A stretch of 64,000 nt of DNA from Polymyxa betae A26-41 (GCA_003693705.1 RBZT01000631.1:1-64000), one strand, 5' to 3'. Positions 11,791 through 23,320 are shown, numbered from the stretch's first letter. Program-made: numbers and translations. Notes: generated by a model from the sequence alone, not told the origin.

Positions 11791-12258
11791 ATGGTAGGGC
11801 CAGTAGGCAACGCTTCCAGCTGACTCTCTGACGATGTCCCTCAGGGTCGCGTTCGTACGAAGATGGTTAAGCGCGCTTCGCGCCAGATTATCGAGAAATA
11901 CTACTCGAAATTGACGCTTGACTTCGATGTCAACAAGAAAATCGTCGAAGAAGTCGCTATTGTTCCTTCGAAGCGCGTTCGCAACAAGATCGCCGGATAC
12001 ATGACCCACTTGATGAAGCGTATTCAGCGAGGTCCAGTTCGGGGCATCTCCCTGAAACTGCAGGAGGAAGAGCGTGAGCGCCGCCTCGACTACATTCCTG
12101 AGAAGTCGGCCATCAACACCGAGAGCATCACCATTGGTGAAGAGACCAAGGAGATGCTTGCTGCCATCAACTTCCCCATGGACACTATCTCTGCCATTAA
12201 GCTGGAGACTGTCGAGCAGTTCAACGGACAGCCCCGAATGACTCGTCAGCGCTCGTAA
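11791..12258 (+). CDS. RPS17: 40S ribosomal protein S17 (eS17)
   Basis: ATG-only first coding exon 11791-11793 and intron 11794-11844, then [20 protein letters not shown]...[35 protein letters not shown]. Confidence 0.98.
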
Positions 12259-12290
12259 AATCGTAATAGAACTCCCAATCCACCTATTTG

Positions 12291-14193
12291 TTATAAGTTT
12301 GCTTCATTTGACAGAAAGCTGTAATGCTTGAATTCGGGCATAGGACTTTCCATCGGTCTTGATATTCGGCGGTCTTCTTGGATCTCCAGTGATGTAAACG
12401 CCGGGTCGAAGTTTGACGTGTCATCAGAAAATTTGTCATGCGGAGGTATTTTCTTAGCGAACAGCCGTTCCCAGTCAACGTCAGCAAAAAATGGGTCTGG
12501 TATACGATATCCGAGTCAGGGGCTCCAATTAGTTTGCATTCATTGTGCTTACGAGATTTTACTTCGCGAGCGCCGTCCTATGCAAATACTGTCAAATGTG
12601 AAGCTAGAGAATTCGTTGAGCTGACCTTGCTGCCCAACCTTTTGTCTGCATCTCTAGTAAGCAAGCGTTTAATCAGATCCCCAGCCGTCGCTGATATTCC
12701 AAACGGGATTTGGAGCTTGCCTTTCAAGATTCTGGTGAACATTATGCTTTGATTTTGTGAGTAAAATGGTGGAGATCCCCTATCGTTATAATAAGTATAG
12801 TCAAATATTTATGCAACTGCATCGTACGCCAGCATTTCATAAAGTACCTAAGAGGTAATCTTCAGAAGCAGAACATTGAGTTTAAAAAATGCACCTGTCC
12901 TAAAGTCCACCAATCAACAGCCCGACCACAACCTGTCCTATTCAACACTTCGGGTGCCAGGTACTGTGGCAATCAGTCACCTGCGTCAAATGTTTCGGTT
13001 CAGATTTTAGACCGACCTCAGGGGTTCCACACATTGCTACGTCCTGATTCATGTGATTATACACGCCTTCCGCTGACAAACCGAAATCGGCTAATGCGAC
13101 ATTGCCTTTTGTAGTACGTTATCTTAACAGTCTTACCAAAAAAACTTACTTACCATCCGCATCCAAAAGAATATTTTCCAATTTCAGGTCGCGGAAAACA
13201 ATCCCCAAATCATGAATATATTCGAGAGCCAAGATTAGCTGGGAAACGTAAAACCTTGCCTTTTTTTCACTGAAGCTTCCAGCCTTGGTCAGGTGAAAGA
13301 AAAGATCGCCTCCAGAACAGTAATCCAGAATCAGGAACAGTTTTCTTTCGGTTTCAAAGGCACCGTGCATTTTTACAATGAATGGATGTCTACTCACATA
13401 ATCAGCTTTCCAGAGATGGCGTTTGGAAACAACTACCGAATATACTCAAGAACATCTCTTTCTGTTTGTGTGTGCTCCACTTGATTTTTCCTGACAACAA
13501 GCTTCTTTTCGATTTGCTTTAAGGCATACAACTATAACACTAGTAAGCCGACAGTAGACAAAAACCGACGGGACAATGCTGATTGGACAAACCTTTCCAG
13601 ATTGCTTATATCGCCCAAGAACCACCTTGCCAAACGCCCCTTTGCCAAGAACGCAAAGTAGATCAAAATCATCCAAGCAGAGAGATCTGGACTTCGGAGT
13701 CGGTAACGGCGCTGGCCCCTTCGTATGATCGAATAGATCGCCCACCATCGGCGGTTCGTCCTCGTCATATTCACCGTCATCGACCCCAATGAACTAGAGC
13801 CGTATCAATATATAGATGCCACCAAAACTGAAGCATTGATACTGCTCGAAATTCATCGGATTGTAGAATTTTCTTGTGTTTGCGGACGCTGTCGAGCCAA
13901 TTCTGGATTGAAACTTTCAAACCCGCATTTGTAAAAGATAAATGCCTGTCGATCTGTGCAATCTAAGTCAAGATTAGGCAGAGCGTGAGACAATGGCGAA
14001 AAACGGCGATAAAGCGTGGTTTCAGCGGATCAAATCAAGCAACTTCACAGACCTGGCTTGGCGAATGTTTCTGAAGCAGATCATGAAAATCTTTGAATTC
14101 GATCAAAGATCTGGACACATTCTTGTCGGCTACAGTCACCATAACAGTAGGGTTTTCCTCATCATTATCGAGCAGTGTCACTTTCACATCCAT
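12291..14193 (-). CDS. AGC-family Ser/Thr kinase (SGK/S6K/Akt-like) with degenerate N-terminal PX-like domain
   Basis: GKGAFGKV, YALK, FRDLKLEN, DFG, CGTPEYLAPE, VDWWTLG, turn region DTSNFDPAFT and hydrophobic motif FKHYSF. N-terminal exons RSLIEFKDFHDLL...IQNWLDSVRKHKKILQSDEFRAFI resemble a PX domain. Start approximate. Confidence 0.88.
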
Positions 14194-14862
14194 GGCAGCT
14201 GCCCCAGCCTGAAGAAGCATATTAGCGGTAAGGGTTACGATGGGCATCTGAAAAGACCTCATTGGCACCAGCCACAGCGGTCTGAAGACGCTCTAATCTG
14301 GTCATTATGCAAACAAAGCTCAGATAGCATTGGATCGTCGTTTACCGGCTCCAGCGACTTGGCGCGGCCCATGTGAAACGTTTACTGACGAATCTGCGAC
14401 CTAATCTGCATGAGAGACACGTTGCAAGCCACGCCCATCCCATAGTTGTTCTTTGCCTGTAACAGCAGCGTCGGCAGCCTTTTACAGAGAGATGTTCCTG
14501 AATCTATGCCCTTGGCTTCCATGACGTGGTCGGTCGAGCCGGCTTATATTACCAACATCTTCGCGATGGTATTTTCGATTGATGAAATCGAATCAAACAG
14601 AGCTCCACTGACCGCAGCCCTGACGCTGAGACCTCAGCCTAACGCCACATCGCCAATGTGAAGCAGGTCCCGATAGAGTGGTATCAGGCACCCAAGATTT
14701 TTTTCTGCAACTCAGATCTATAATAAGCATAGACTGATAGTACATCCTGAAAACTTCGAAGTTGAGACAGATAGAATTCCAGTTCCTTTCTGGAAAATAT
14801 CATGGCAAGAGCCAACAAAATGTCAGCCTAAAAAATTGAGCATGACTATTGGGCAATAAATA

Positions 14863-15977
14863 TTATTGTGGACTATTTAACAATGATACAAAAGCTTGAT
14901 AGCTTTGCTCTAGATCAAAAATGCATTGCCTAGCTTGATCGGAGGTTAATTCATCGCTCGCTCTCATCTGATTCAAAACTGAAATCCACGACATCACCTG
15001 GCAAAACACATCAACGAAAAGACAAATCGAAACATACGGCAGGCAGAAACATACCTTGGTTTTTGAAATATGATCAGGTTTAACAACAGTGACCTGAGAT
15101 ACAACAATTACCAGAGCTGCCGAACTGAAAAAAACATTCAAACTTTGTTTAGACTATCGAGTAGATCGCTTAAATGAGGATACACTTCGTCGACAGCATA
15201 CATCTCAAGTTTCAGAGAATCCATCGTCGTAATGAAATGCTGAACAGTTTCAGCCACCTACACAACTCCAGATTAGGCGACAGCGAACAAACATGAAAAG
15301 GAATCTAAGAATTGCAGAGGGATTGAAACTGACAAAAGTAAAGTAAACACATACGTAAAGTTCGTTTGGCTTCACATGAGAAGTGGCTCCATCTCCATGC
15401 TGGATAGTAGCAGGTACACCAGCAATACATAGGCGTTTATAAGCAGCTGGACACTGCATCGCGTATTTTCTAGCAACACATCAGACCACGACCTAAATGG
15501 GCGAAAGCCGGAACGAAATCGCGATACAAATCAGAGAAACAGCGATACAGCGTTGACAGTGGAAAATCCCAATACGATGCAGAAAACTATAAAAAACACA
15601 GAAAAAGAAAAGCTAGCAAATACGTCATAAAAGTTTCAGTATCAGGCTCGAATTCATGGACAGCTTCCTAAAATCATTTTAGACTGAAACACGAAATCGA
15701 CAGATAAAGAAAAATCTAACTTTGACGGTTTTATATTGGGCTATCAGCTTAGCGCAAGCGGGTCCATATGCAGCAGCCGAAACAGCATCGCGAACATAGG
15801 CTGATTCCAGATGCTCAGTTGTCATCAAAATTGCATAGAGATCGGCTAATTTCTCCAGCCTGACAAGAGTCGAATCAAGATGCAGACAGCCCGCCAGCCA
15901 CGTCAATACCTAGCACGTTCTGTTCGGGTCGTGGCGAGTTTCACCTCAATGTCTTGCTGCCTATGTCCAGGCACCAT
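14863..15977 (-). CDS. VPS28: ESCRT-I subunit VPS28
   Basis: Spliced exons give EVKLATTRTER..LADLYAILMTTEHLESAYVRDAV..YGPACAKLIAQYK..MQCPAAYKRL..GVPATI..AETVQHFITTMDSLKL..WISVLNQMRASDELTSDQARQCIFDLEQSYQAF. Confidence 0.96.
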
Positions 15978-16341
15978 ATGGCTTGGGTTGTTCGGTAAAG
16001 CGAAAGAGGACAGCCCAAGCAACCAGCCCGAAGACGAACGGAATTTTTGGCAAAAAAACAAATAAAAAAAGAAAGCACCAAACGGGAATCGAACCGGCGA
16101 CTTTCTAGCACGATAGAAATCTGTCAACCACTGATTGATTCTTCATTCTTTTACTTTCGAGAGCCACGAATCCTTTACTATGATAAAACGTTCAACCTGT
16201 ACATTTATTACTTTTGCATTCGATTAGGACTGGCCTTTTCTAAAATGCTGAACTCTCAACGGCATCAGCTCAGAAAATGATGGCGCTGATCTCCAAATTC
16301 TATCATCGTGTTAATTGAGGGCAATTCAAATTACGATGAAG

Positions 16342-16620
16342 TTACGCAGGCTGAAGATTTAAGGACTCTCTTGCCTTTTGCAATTTGCTTCCAACCGGGA
16401 TCGGCTCCGAATATATTGGGATTACAATGCTGGTCACTGCCTTTCTTTATTAGTCAGATTCGGAATCAAGCATCGATCGCTGTCGTACCGGCCAGAGATA
16501 GGTGGTCGTCGGCAAGTATCGATTACATCGACGAATGGCTGCCACGCTGGTACGGTATCGGATTGCCAGAGCAACGAGCGTGTCGACAGGCTGGATATGG
16601 TATTGGACGACCTCGGCCAT
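16342..16620 (-). CDS. Small LysM-domain protein, no signal peptide
   Basis: YHIQPVDTLVALAIRYRTSVAAIRRCN matches the LysM consensus. An intron after WP joins it to ..TSIVIP, the LysM final strand. 3' end uncertain. Confidence 0.75.
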
Positions 16621-16992
16621 GGCAATGCCGAGACACCAATGCTCTGTGACGCGAACCTCCCAGAGAAAATCTTTGAAGTTGAACAAGGCTCGGGGCCTTC
16701 AGCTCCCACATCGCCTTCAATAAACGTTTTTTTTTTATTCTGGTAAAGTGTTCTATCAGTAGTGCCGTCATTCAAGTTTTAATGTCAAAACATTGCTTCT
16801 CGATGCAAACAGGATTCCATGCATTTCGCCTATCCAGACAATAGAAACATTGCACATCTGGAATTAGCATACCAAAACAATGTATGCAGGTAGCTGAATG
16901 GGAATGTTATTCTGGAGAGAAGATGTGCAAGAATGCCAAACACCCGAATCGAATGTCAATATGATGGTTTCGGAATTCGGACCATTGTTGTC

Positions 16993-17433
16993 ATGGCGTC
17001 CGACGACGCCGGAGGCGATCGATCTACCGAGAAGTCGACGCCAACTATTGAAGCTGTGCGATCATATCTTGGACAGAGGTTTTATGTTTGGACGGATGAT
17101 GGACGAGTCATTCGAGGAAGGTCTGCATTTTGAATATCGCCTGATCCTGGCGAAACTTGTTTTGTTATGCACTTGAACGTTGTTCAGCTAACGTATGAGC
17201 AGGTTTTCCTGCTTAGACCATCTTGCCAATATGATACTGGATCATGCAATTGAACTTCGACCGCCGAATCGTAATGGTCTAGAAGCGCCATGGAACGGTG
17301 AATATTTTTGCAAAGCTTCCTGTTATTTTTTAGCCTAAAGTGCTTGCTAGATGAAAATCGTCTGTTGCATATGGGAAGTATTATGATGCCAATGTCTCAC
17401 GTCCTGAAAGTTGAGGTTGAAGATGTTATGTGA
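16993..17433 (+). CDS. NAA38: Sm-like (LSM) domain protein, probably NatC auxiliary subunit NAA38/LSMD1/Mak31
   Basis: Three exons give VRSYLGQRFYVWTDDGRVIRGRFSCLDHLANMILDHAIE...HMGSIMMPMSHVLKVEV (Sm1 and Sm2 motifs). The Sm fold is secure; subfamily assignment is less so. Confidence 0.7.
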
Positions 17434-18352
17434 TTATCACGAGCGGATGATATCTGTGCCTGCCTATCTACCCAATCAGTAAGCTCGACATTTACCAGAG
17501 CTTGTTCATCATTATATATTATCTAAAATTTGAAGAACTCATATCATAGTTGGACTGATTGCGAGTCTCATATTGCAGCTATGAGCGCGGCTGTTGTTTT
17601 AGCAGTTGCTGCGATTAGACGATTGGTTATAAAGAAGAGAAGGATTATCAAGCGAAACTGTTATCGTCTATCTTCTCTAGTTCGGATTGTGAGAATTGCA
17701 GTTTCAGAAGCTACCTTACTCATTTCTGTATCGGAAGTAATTCAGCTATTTGTTTTATCTGAATGTTTAAACTGAAAGAAGCTACAAGTCGGAGTGCTCA
17801 ATGCAGGCTAGTTACCAGAGTGAGCTGCATTAGGTGACATAAGACAGATCAAGTAGGACACGAATCCTTTGGGACTGGGATGTTGCATGATGGTCACGTG
17901 ACCGTGACGCCTGCTCCAACGTGAATGGAGTTCTCCAACTGATCTACATTACTATTTGCTATGGGATTTAGGATGCTCGATATCAAGATAACTTGACTGA
18001 GATTGTCTTCGGATCGCTTCGCTCCTTCAATTTTGCTGGACAATATTACCAGCATGTTGAGCTTGTCATCTGCTAGAAATATGTTGTTTCCGTACTTCGA
18101 ATTCCTTGACACGCTCGCGATATCTTGATGGCGATTCTATACCTCTTTGAATCTCAACGCGAGAATTGGTATGCACATTGCCCTTCGTTGTCGCCAAAGT
18201 GATATTGCCTCGATTTAAGGCGAAACCTCCGGGCCTTATTTCCTGTTAGTCGCTCCTGATCACTTTTCAAGTTCTATTCAAATGTCAAACTAGGACGCAT
18301 TCCGGTTTATTTCATCATTTTGCGGATACAAGCGATTCAATTTGTGAGGCAT

Positions 18353-19285
18353 CTATTTTGAGATCGCTATACCGTTCTTGTTGACATAGGCATTATAGCA
18401 ATTCAGTTTGCCGAATTTGGCCAGGTATTGTTGATAGTTGTCGGATTGCTTCGGCGAAACATCAACAACATATCCTTCATCGCTAATGAGCTTGCTAACT
18501 TCATCTGCAGAATCAGGTACCCAGTGTAAAGGCTCCCCAACGATGTAAATCATTGCCTTGTTGATTTTCGATAACGATTTCGAACCGCCAAAGTCGTATT
18601 GGGTGAGATATGAAAACACGAACGTTGAGCCTATTGGAGTGATAGCCTTCATTGATCGTAAGCATTGTCGTATTGCCTCTGGTGTTAGATACATTAAGAG
18701 CCCTTCAGCAACCAACACCGATTTTACGTCCTTATTCCAGGCACGACACTCTTCGGAAATCTTCTCTTCCAATTTCCACACCGACAGGTCAATAGGAAGA
18801 TAACGAATGTTGGGGTAGTTGAATCCAAGATTCTCGATAGCAGATCGTTTGAAGACGGACGTTTTCGGGTGGTCGACTTCGATGAACAGGACATCTGGAT
18901 ATTTAGGAGCTAGGTTTAATATCAGGACATCGTACCCGCCTCCTAAAACCAATACTTGTTTGGCCCCATTGTTGATTGCATCAACGACTCTATCGTAGAC
19001 GAATCGCTTGCGAAGACACATGGAGATATCGAACGACGGGACTACCGGACTCATCTTGGCAATCAAGCCCATAAAAGCAACGACCAGCCAGGAAAACCAT
19101 CCCATAATCATATCGAAGAAAGAAGCTATAGGACACGCAGAACGAAGCAAGCCAGATGTTAGTTCTGGATATCCCTCTGGAACAATGCTTTTCATGATGG
19201 AATTGATTGGCTCACCCCATACCCAATAGTTAACTATTGGCCGGGACACAAGCAACGCTGTCCAGCTGCCGAACCTTTGCACCAT
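18353..19285 (-). CDS. Class I SAM-dependent methyltransferase, LCM/TIGR00027-like, copy 1 (310 aa, intronless)
   Basis: LRKRF, QVLVLGGGYD (motif I), EVDHP, PIDL, VLVAEGLLMYL, GEPLHW. Confidence 0.92.
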   Translation of the reverse strand: MVQRFGSWTALLVSRPIVNYWVWGEPINSIMKSIVPEGYPELTSGLLRSACPIASFFDMIMGWFSWLVVAFMGLIAKMSPVVPSFDISMCLRKRFVYDRVVDAINNGAKQVLVLGGGYDVLILNLAPKYPDVLFIEVDHPKTSVFKRSAIENLGFNYPNIRYLPIDLSVWKLEEKISEECRAWNKDVKSVLVAEGLLMYLTPEAIRQCLRSMKAITPIGSTFVFSYLTQYDFGGSKSLSKINKAMIYIVGEPLHWVPDSADEVSKLISDEGYVVDVSPKQSDNYQQYLAKFGKLNCYNAYVNKNGIAISK

Positions 19286-19492
19286 GCTCAGCGATATGTA
19301 CAGGATCGGTACCCTTTGATTCTGTACTATTTAACACATACATAATCATTCGTACTGTTTGCAAAGTATCTTGCGTCTGTAGGTCGTTATCGTGGCTGTT
19401 AAATATCTGGAAAAAAAAGAAAAAAAAAACAGAAATTCGAGGTAGAAAAAGTGCGTCTGCCGAATTTTTAATCTCACATACGGTAAGTGATA

Positions 19493-19728
19493 CTACCTCT
19501 GTTCGGAAATACTGAGTCCCACGCATAAATATTTCAAGTTCTGAAAATTGCGAGCCTTGATGCCATTCTTTTTTTGTTTTATGTTTAGAAAGCATAGTTT
19601 GATGTAGATTTTGAGAGAGATTGCCCCAGGCAAATTTCTTGAAAAATCGCCTAAAAATGGCTCCAAGACACGAATTTTCCTAACAGTAAAAATTTATGCG
19701 TGGGACTCTTATTTCCGAACAGAGGTAG
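19493..19728. mobile_element. 236-bp MITE, Tc1/mariner (Stowaway-like) with TA target-site duplication
   Basis: TA|CTACCTCTGTTCGGAAATActGAGTCCCACGCATAAAT ... ATTTATGCGTGGGACTCtTATTTCCGAACAGAGGTAG|TA. A 19-bp perfect TIR extends by a further 17 bp after a small indel; interior is AT-rich and non-coding. Confidence 0.92.
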
Positions 19729-20955
19729 TACATAACAGTACAGTACCGTAACCCGAAAAAGTACCTGCTCGATCGAGAACCGATTTTGGGCCGAATCGAT
19801 ACCCAGTCTTTATCCTGTAATGTTACTAGGTGGTCCCGCCTGCAGTTTGTGTTTCCAACTTTCCATTAAACACTTAACACTTAAGTGGATCTGGGTATGC
19901 TTACCCAGTTGGATCAACGTTGTTTCGCCCTTCAACCTTCCTTTTTCGAGCTTTCTAACCTCGAAGTAGCTGGTTGTCGCGATCATTACATATCCCAAAT
20001 ATAAGAACAAAAATCGCACCGGGCGAATGTTGGAATGAGATCTAAACGCCACAGAACCAACACGACAGGACCTTGGGCTTGCACTTTTTCAGATTTACCG
20101 TGTATTTGAACAGCTAACTGATCGACTCTTCCAAGATTGTCGAATGCTTTCGGATCTAAAACAAAGTGCTCCAGACAGAGCTCAACCGTACCATCTCCTC
20201 CGGCGCAGGAATAGAAATGAACACCGAGCCAGAATCATGATCCATATTCCATAATCATAGAGCGAACCGCTCGACACGAGCAGCTGACGAATTGCTATTA
20301 GTTCGTTAATCATCAGTGCGAAATTGCCTCTAGATTAGTATCCAATGCTATTCCTAGTAGACGACCGCTTCGTATTCTCGACAATCTCGCTCAAAGAGGG
20401 ATCGCCTGTTCGCCAAAATCGTGCTGCTTCAAAAATAATGAAAGCACACATTTGGCGAATTACTCTGAGAATAAGCTTCCTAGCAAGCATCGATCGCATT
20501 TGTCCGAATATTGCCCTCGCTGCCCTCTGGCAGCATGCAGCGTCGAAATAAACTCAGGCAACATTATCAGGATCAACCCATAACCCCTTGACAGAAAGCA
20601 GCGTCCCCGTGTCGATCCAGTACGGGTTCACCGCTAGCGTCGCGATGAGAGCTGACAGAGCCTGTCCTTTCTTAAATCTAATAAAATTAGACACGGTTCT
20701 GGAACACATTGACGGGCAATAATTGCTGGGAGCGTCATCTTGCAGCAATAGCAAGGTGTCATAATCGCGAGCGGCGCAGGCAGAGATCGGGTGCAATCTC
20801 CTCTGGTAGTCCACATGGTAGTCCGTGGTGACGCTCTATACTTTGGAAGAAACCGCACTTAATATAAAATGAATCGAATGCTGATTTGAGATGTCTTATT
20901 ATTATCCCGATACTTTTTAAAAACATTTTTAACGTCAAGTTTTTAACCGAGCAAT

Positions 20956-21879
20956 CTATCTTGAAATGGCAATGCCATTCTTGTTCTGATAAGCTGGATA
21001 ACAACGAAGCTGGTGATACTTAGCCAAGTATTGCAGATAGTTATCGGACTGCCTGGGAGTGATATCCACGAGAAACCCTTCGCTGCTAACGAGAGCGCTG
21101 ACTTCATCTTCCGAATCCGGGGTCCAGCACAATGGCTCTCCGATGACAGCGAGCATCGACTTATTAAACACCGACCCGAACATCGGTGTTGTTTTGGTGA
21201 TGTAAGAAAACACCAAAACCGATCCAATGGGAGTAATAGCCTTTATGGATTGCAGACATTGTCGTACTGCCTCTGGCTTCAGATACATGAACAACCCTTC
21301 AGCGACAATCACCGATCGGATGTCCTTTTTCCATAAAGGGCAGTCGTCGAAAATCTTCTCTTCCAGTTTCCAAAGAGACAGATCGACCGGCAGAAAACGA
21401 GCATTCGAGTAGCGATAGCCGAGCCGCTCAACAGCGGCCTGCTTACAAACGGACGTGCTGGGATGATCGACCTCAACGAATAATATCTTGGGATAACGTG
21501 CTGCTAGGTTCATTATTAAGACGTCATACCCGCCTCCCAGAATTAAAACCTGCTTGGCGCCATCGTCAATCGCTTCAACGACTCGATCGTAGAAGAAACG
21601 CTTTCGAAGACACATCGAGATATCGAACGATGGAATTCTGGGAAGACATTGGGCGATGCATGACAACACAGGAACTATGAGAAAGGAGAACCAGCTGATA
21701 ACGGCGTTCAAGAATGAAGTGATGGGACATGCTTGCCAAAGCAGCTCTCGAGTCAATTTGGCAGATCCAGGCGGTACGATATCGTTCATCAAGGTCGTGA
21801 TGGGCTCTCCCCAGATCCAATATTGAACCAACGGACGAGCCACGAACAGAGCCGTCCAACTGCCAAACGTTTGCACCAT
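20956..21879 (-). CDS. Class I SAM-dependent methyltransferase, LCM/TIGR00027-like, copy 2 (intronless)
   Basis: Colinear paralog of copy 1 (PSFDISMCLRKRF, QVLILGGGYD, EVDHP, VAEGLFMYL, NKNGIAIS). ATG at 21879. Confidence 0.92.
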   Translation of the reverse strand: MVQTFGSWTALFVARPLVQYWIWGEPITTLMNDIVPPGSAKLTRELLWQACPITSFLNAVISWFSFLIVPVLSCIAQCLPRIPSFDISMCLRKRFFYDRVVEAIDDGAKQVLILGGGYDVLIMNLAARYPKILFVEVDHPSTSVCKQAAVERLGYRYSNARFLPVDLSLWKLEEKIFDDCPLWKKDIRSVIVAEGLFMYLKPEAVRQCLQSIKAITPIGSVLVFSYITKTTPMFGSVFNKSMLAVIGEPLCWTPDSEDEVSALVSSEGFLVDITPRQSDNYLQYLAKYHQLRCYPAYQNKNGIAISR

Positions 21880-22361
21880 GTTGTACAAGGTGAATGAGGC
21901 AGACGAGCAACGACAGCGACCGAAACTACAGCTTGCAACGTCCTGATGAGAAGAAGGTTTTACTCATTCAAAATGGAGGGCAAAATGAGGTGAATGAACG
22001 ACCCGCCTCCGATTTAGTCCATATCATCATTACTTTCACAATCAACAAATAGTCTGGAATGACAGATAATCGATCCCTGTTATCATAGTAAGGAGAGGAG
22101 GTAGAAATACTCCTGTTCACTTTGGTGACGGCGATGTTCTCATCCTCTTCACAGAAGAACCCGCCCGAATCCAGTCAAAAGGTGTTGTTTGAAAAGTACA
22201 GGATCTTTGGTCGGGATCTCAACAACTGGCTTTCATCATCAAACGATCACACTTTTGTGGGTTCTGCTGCCTTTTTGATAGGTTGATTTCTGTTTTCCTT
22301 AAAACTTAATTATGTTATTTCACGACAGCCAAGCTTTGGCTGAATGTTTGCATGACTATTA

Positions 22362-23010
22362 TCAATGTCCCGATATAGCCGACAATGATTCAGGCCGTCT
22401 CGTTGGTATATCGACAATGAATTTCTTGCTGGCGAACAGCTCGCTGATCTCATTGAACAAATCCGGTTGCCTGTAAAACTGGTGGACAGCTTTTTGCAGC
22501 AGTAGACGCCCGAACCTGGATCCGAACATCGGCAACTGAATCGGATCGTCCTTCATCACGAGCGCAGGCAGTTTACGCTTGATCAATCGCAGGCATTGGA
22601 GTACTCAGCTGGCGTAAGATACTTCAGCAGGCGTTCGATTGAGCGCATGACCCGGTATTTGGAGTGGCCAGATCGATCAGGATGAAATCAACCATCGGTA
22701 AATTTTGCCAACGGCAGCCCGTTTGAAGACGATCGTGCTATTAAAGTCGGGTTCAACAGACAAGACAGTGGGATAGCACGGCGCCAGATTCGCCATCAGC
22801 AAGTCGTATCCGCCGCCCAAGATCAGCAGTTGCCGGCCCCGTCCTCGACGGTTTCGAAGCGGTACGAAGGCAGGTGGCGGTGCTGAGCGCAGGCCACTGC
22901 GGATTCAGAATTAGGGATCGCGAACCCAATTCATGAATCGATCAATGCAAGATGTTGTCGGGCATGTTTGATATAGAAAAGTCGCGCCAGATTTGAGGTA
23001 TTTTTGGTGG
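22362..23010 (-). pseudogene. Degenerate third copy of the LCM-like methyltransferase
   Basis: Fragments in shifting frames: LYQTCPTTSCIDRFMNW, RQLLILGGGYDLLMANLAPCYPTVLSVEPD..FKRAAV, LLKYLTP, QCLRLIK, PMFGSRF, EISELFASKKFIVDI. Frameshifts and deletions present; boundaries approximate. Confidence 0.85.
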
Positions 23011-23219
23011 AGTGAGCCATAAATCACAGAATGAGCTACACGCAGGGTCGTCCTGATACCGAATTTCTACACCATCGCTCACACATTGGTAAGCAACTAG
23101 CCACTTGGCTCACATATCCAGCACATGGACAGGCAGAGCTCCAACGAAGCTTTTGATACTGCATGACGGTTACGATTAGACGAATGTCGTTGGATTCTGA
23201 AATCTAGAACTAATGTATC

Positions 23220-23320
23220 CAACAATGATTTCGGAACAGGACAATTTGGTTCAACAATGATTTCGGAACAGGACAATTTGGTCGGATGAATCTCTAACTA
23301 GGGCATCTCTAACTAGGGCA
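23220..23320. repeat. Two adjacent perfect tandem duplications (32-bp x2 and 15-bp x2)
   Basis: caacaatgatttcggaacaggacaatttggt at 23220 and 23252; atctctaactagggc at 23290 and 23305. Confidence 0.9.

Noticed and set aside
870-20530. Faintly similar intergenic stretches (about 875-985, 18150-18235, 20380-20520) sharing words like gccaaagtgat and ccggaggt
   Set aside because: Matches are too short to establish a repeat family by eye; needs a self-alignment.
20554-20858. Short Cys-rich or DYDTL-containing ORFs between methyltransferase copies
   Set aside because: No consistent frame or convincing homology to the methyltransferase or any known family.
23220-23282. 32-bp direct repeat as a CRISPR repeat
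   Set aside because: Only two abutting copies with no spacer; a simple tandem duplication.
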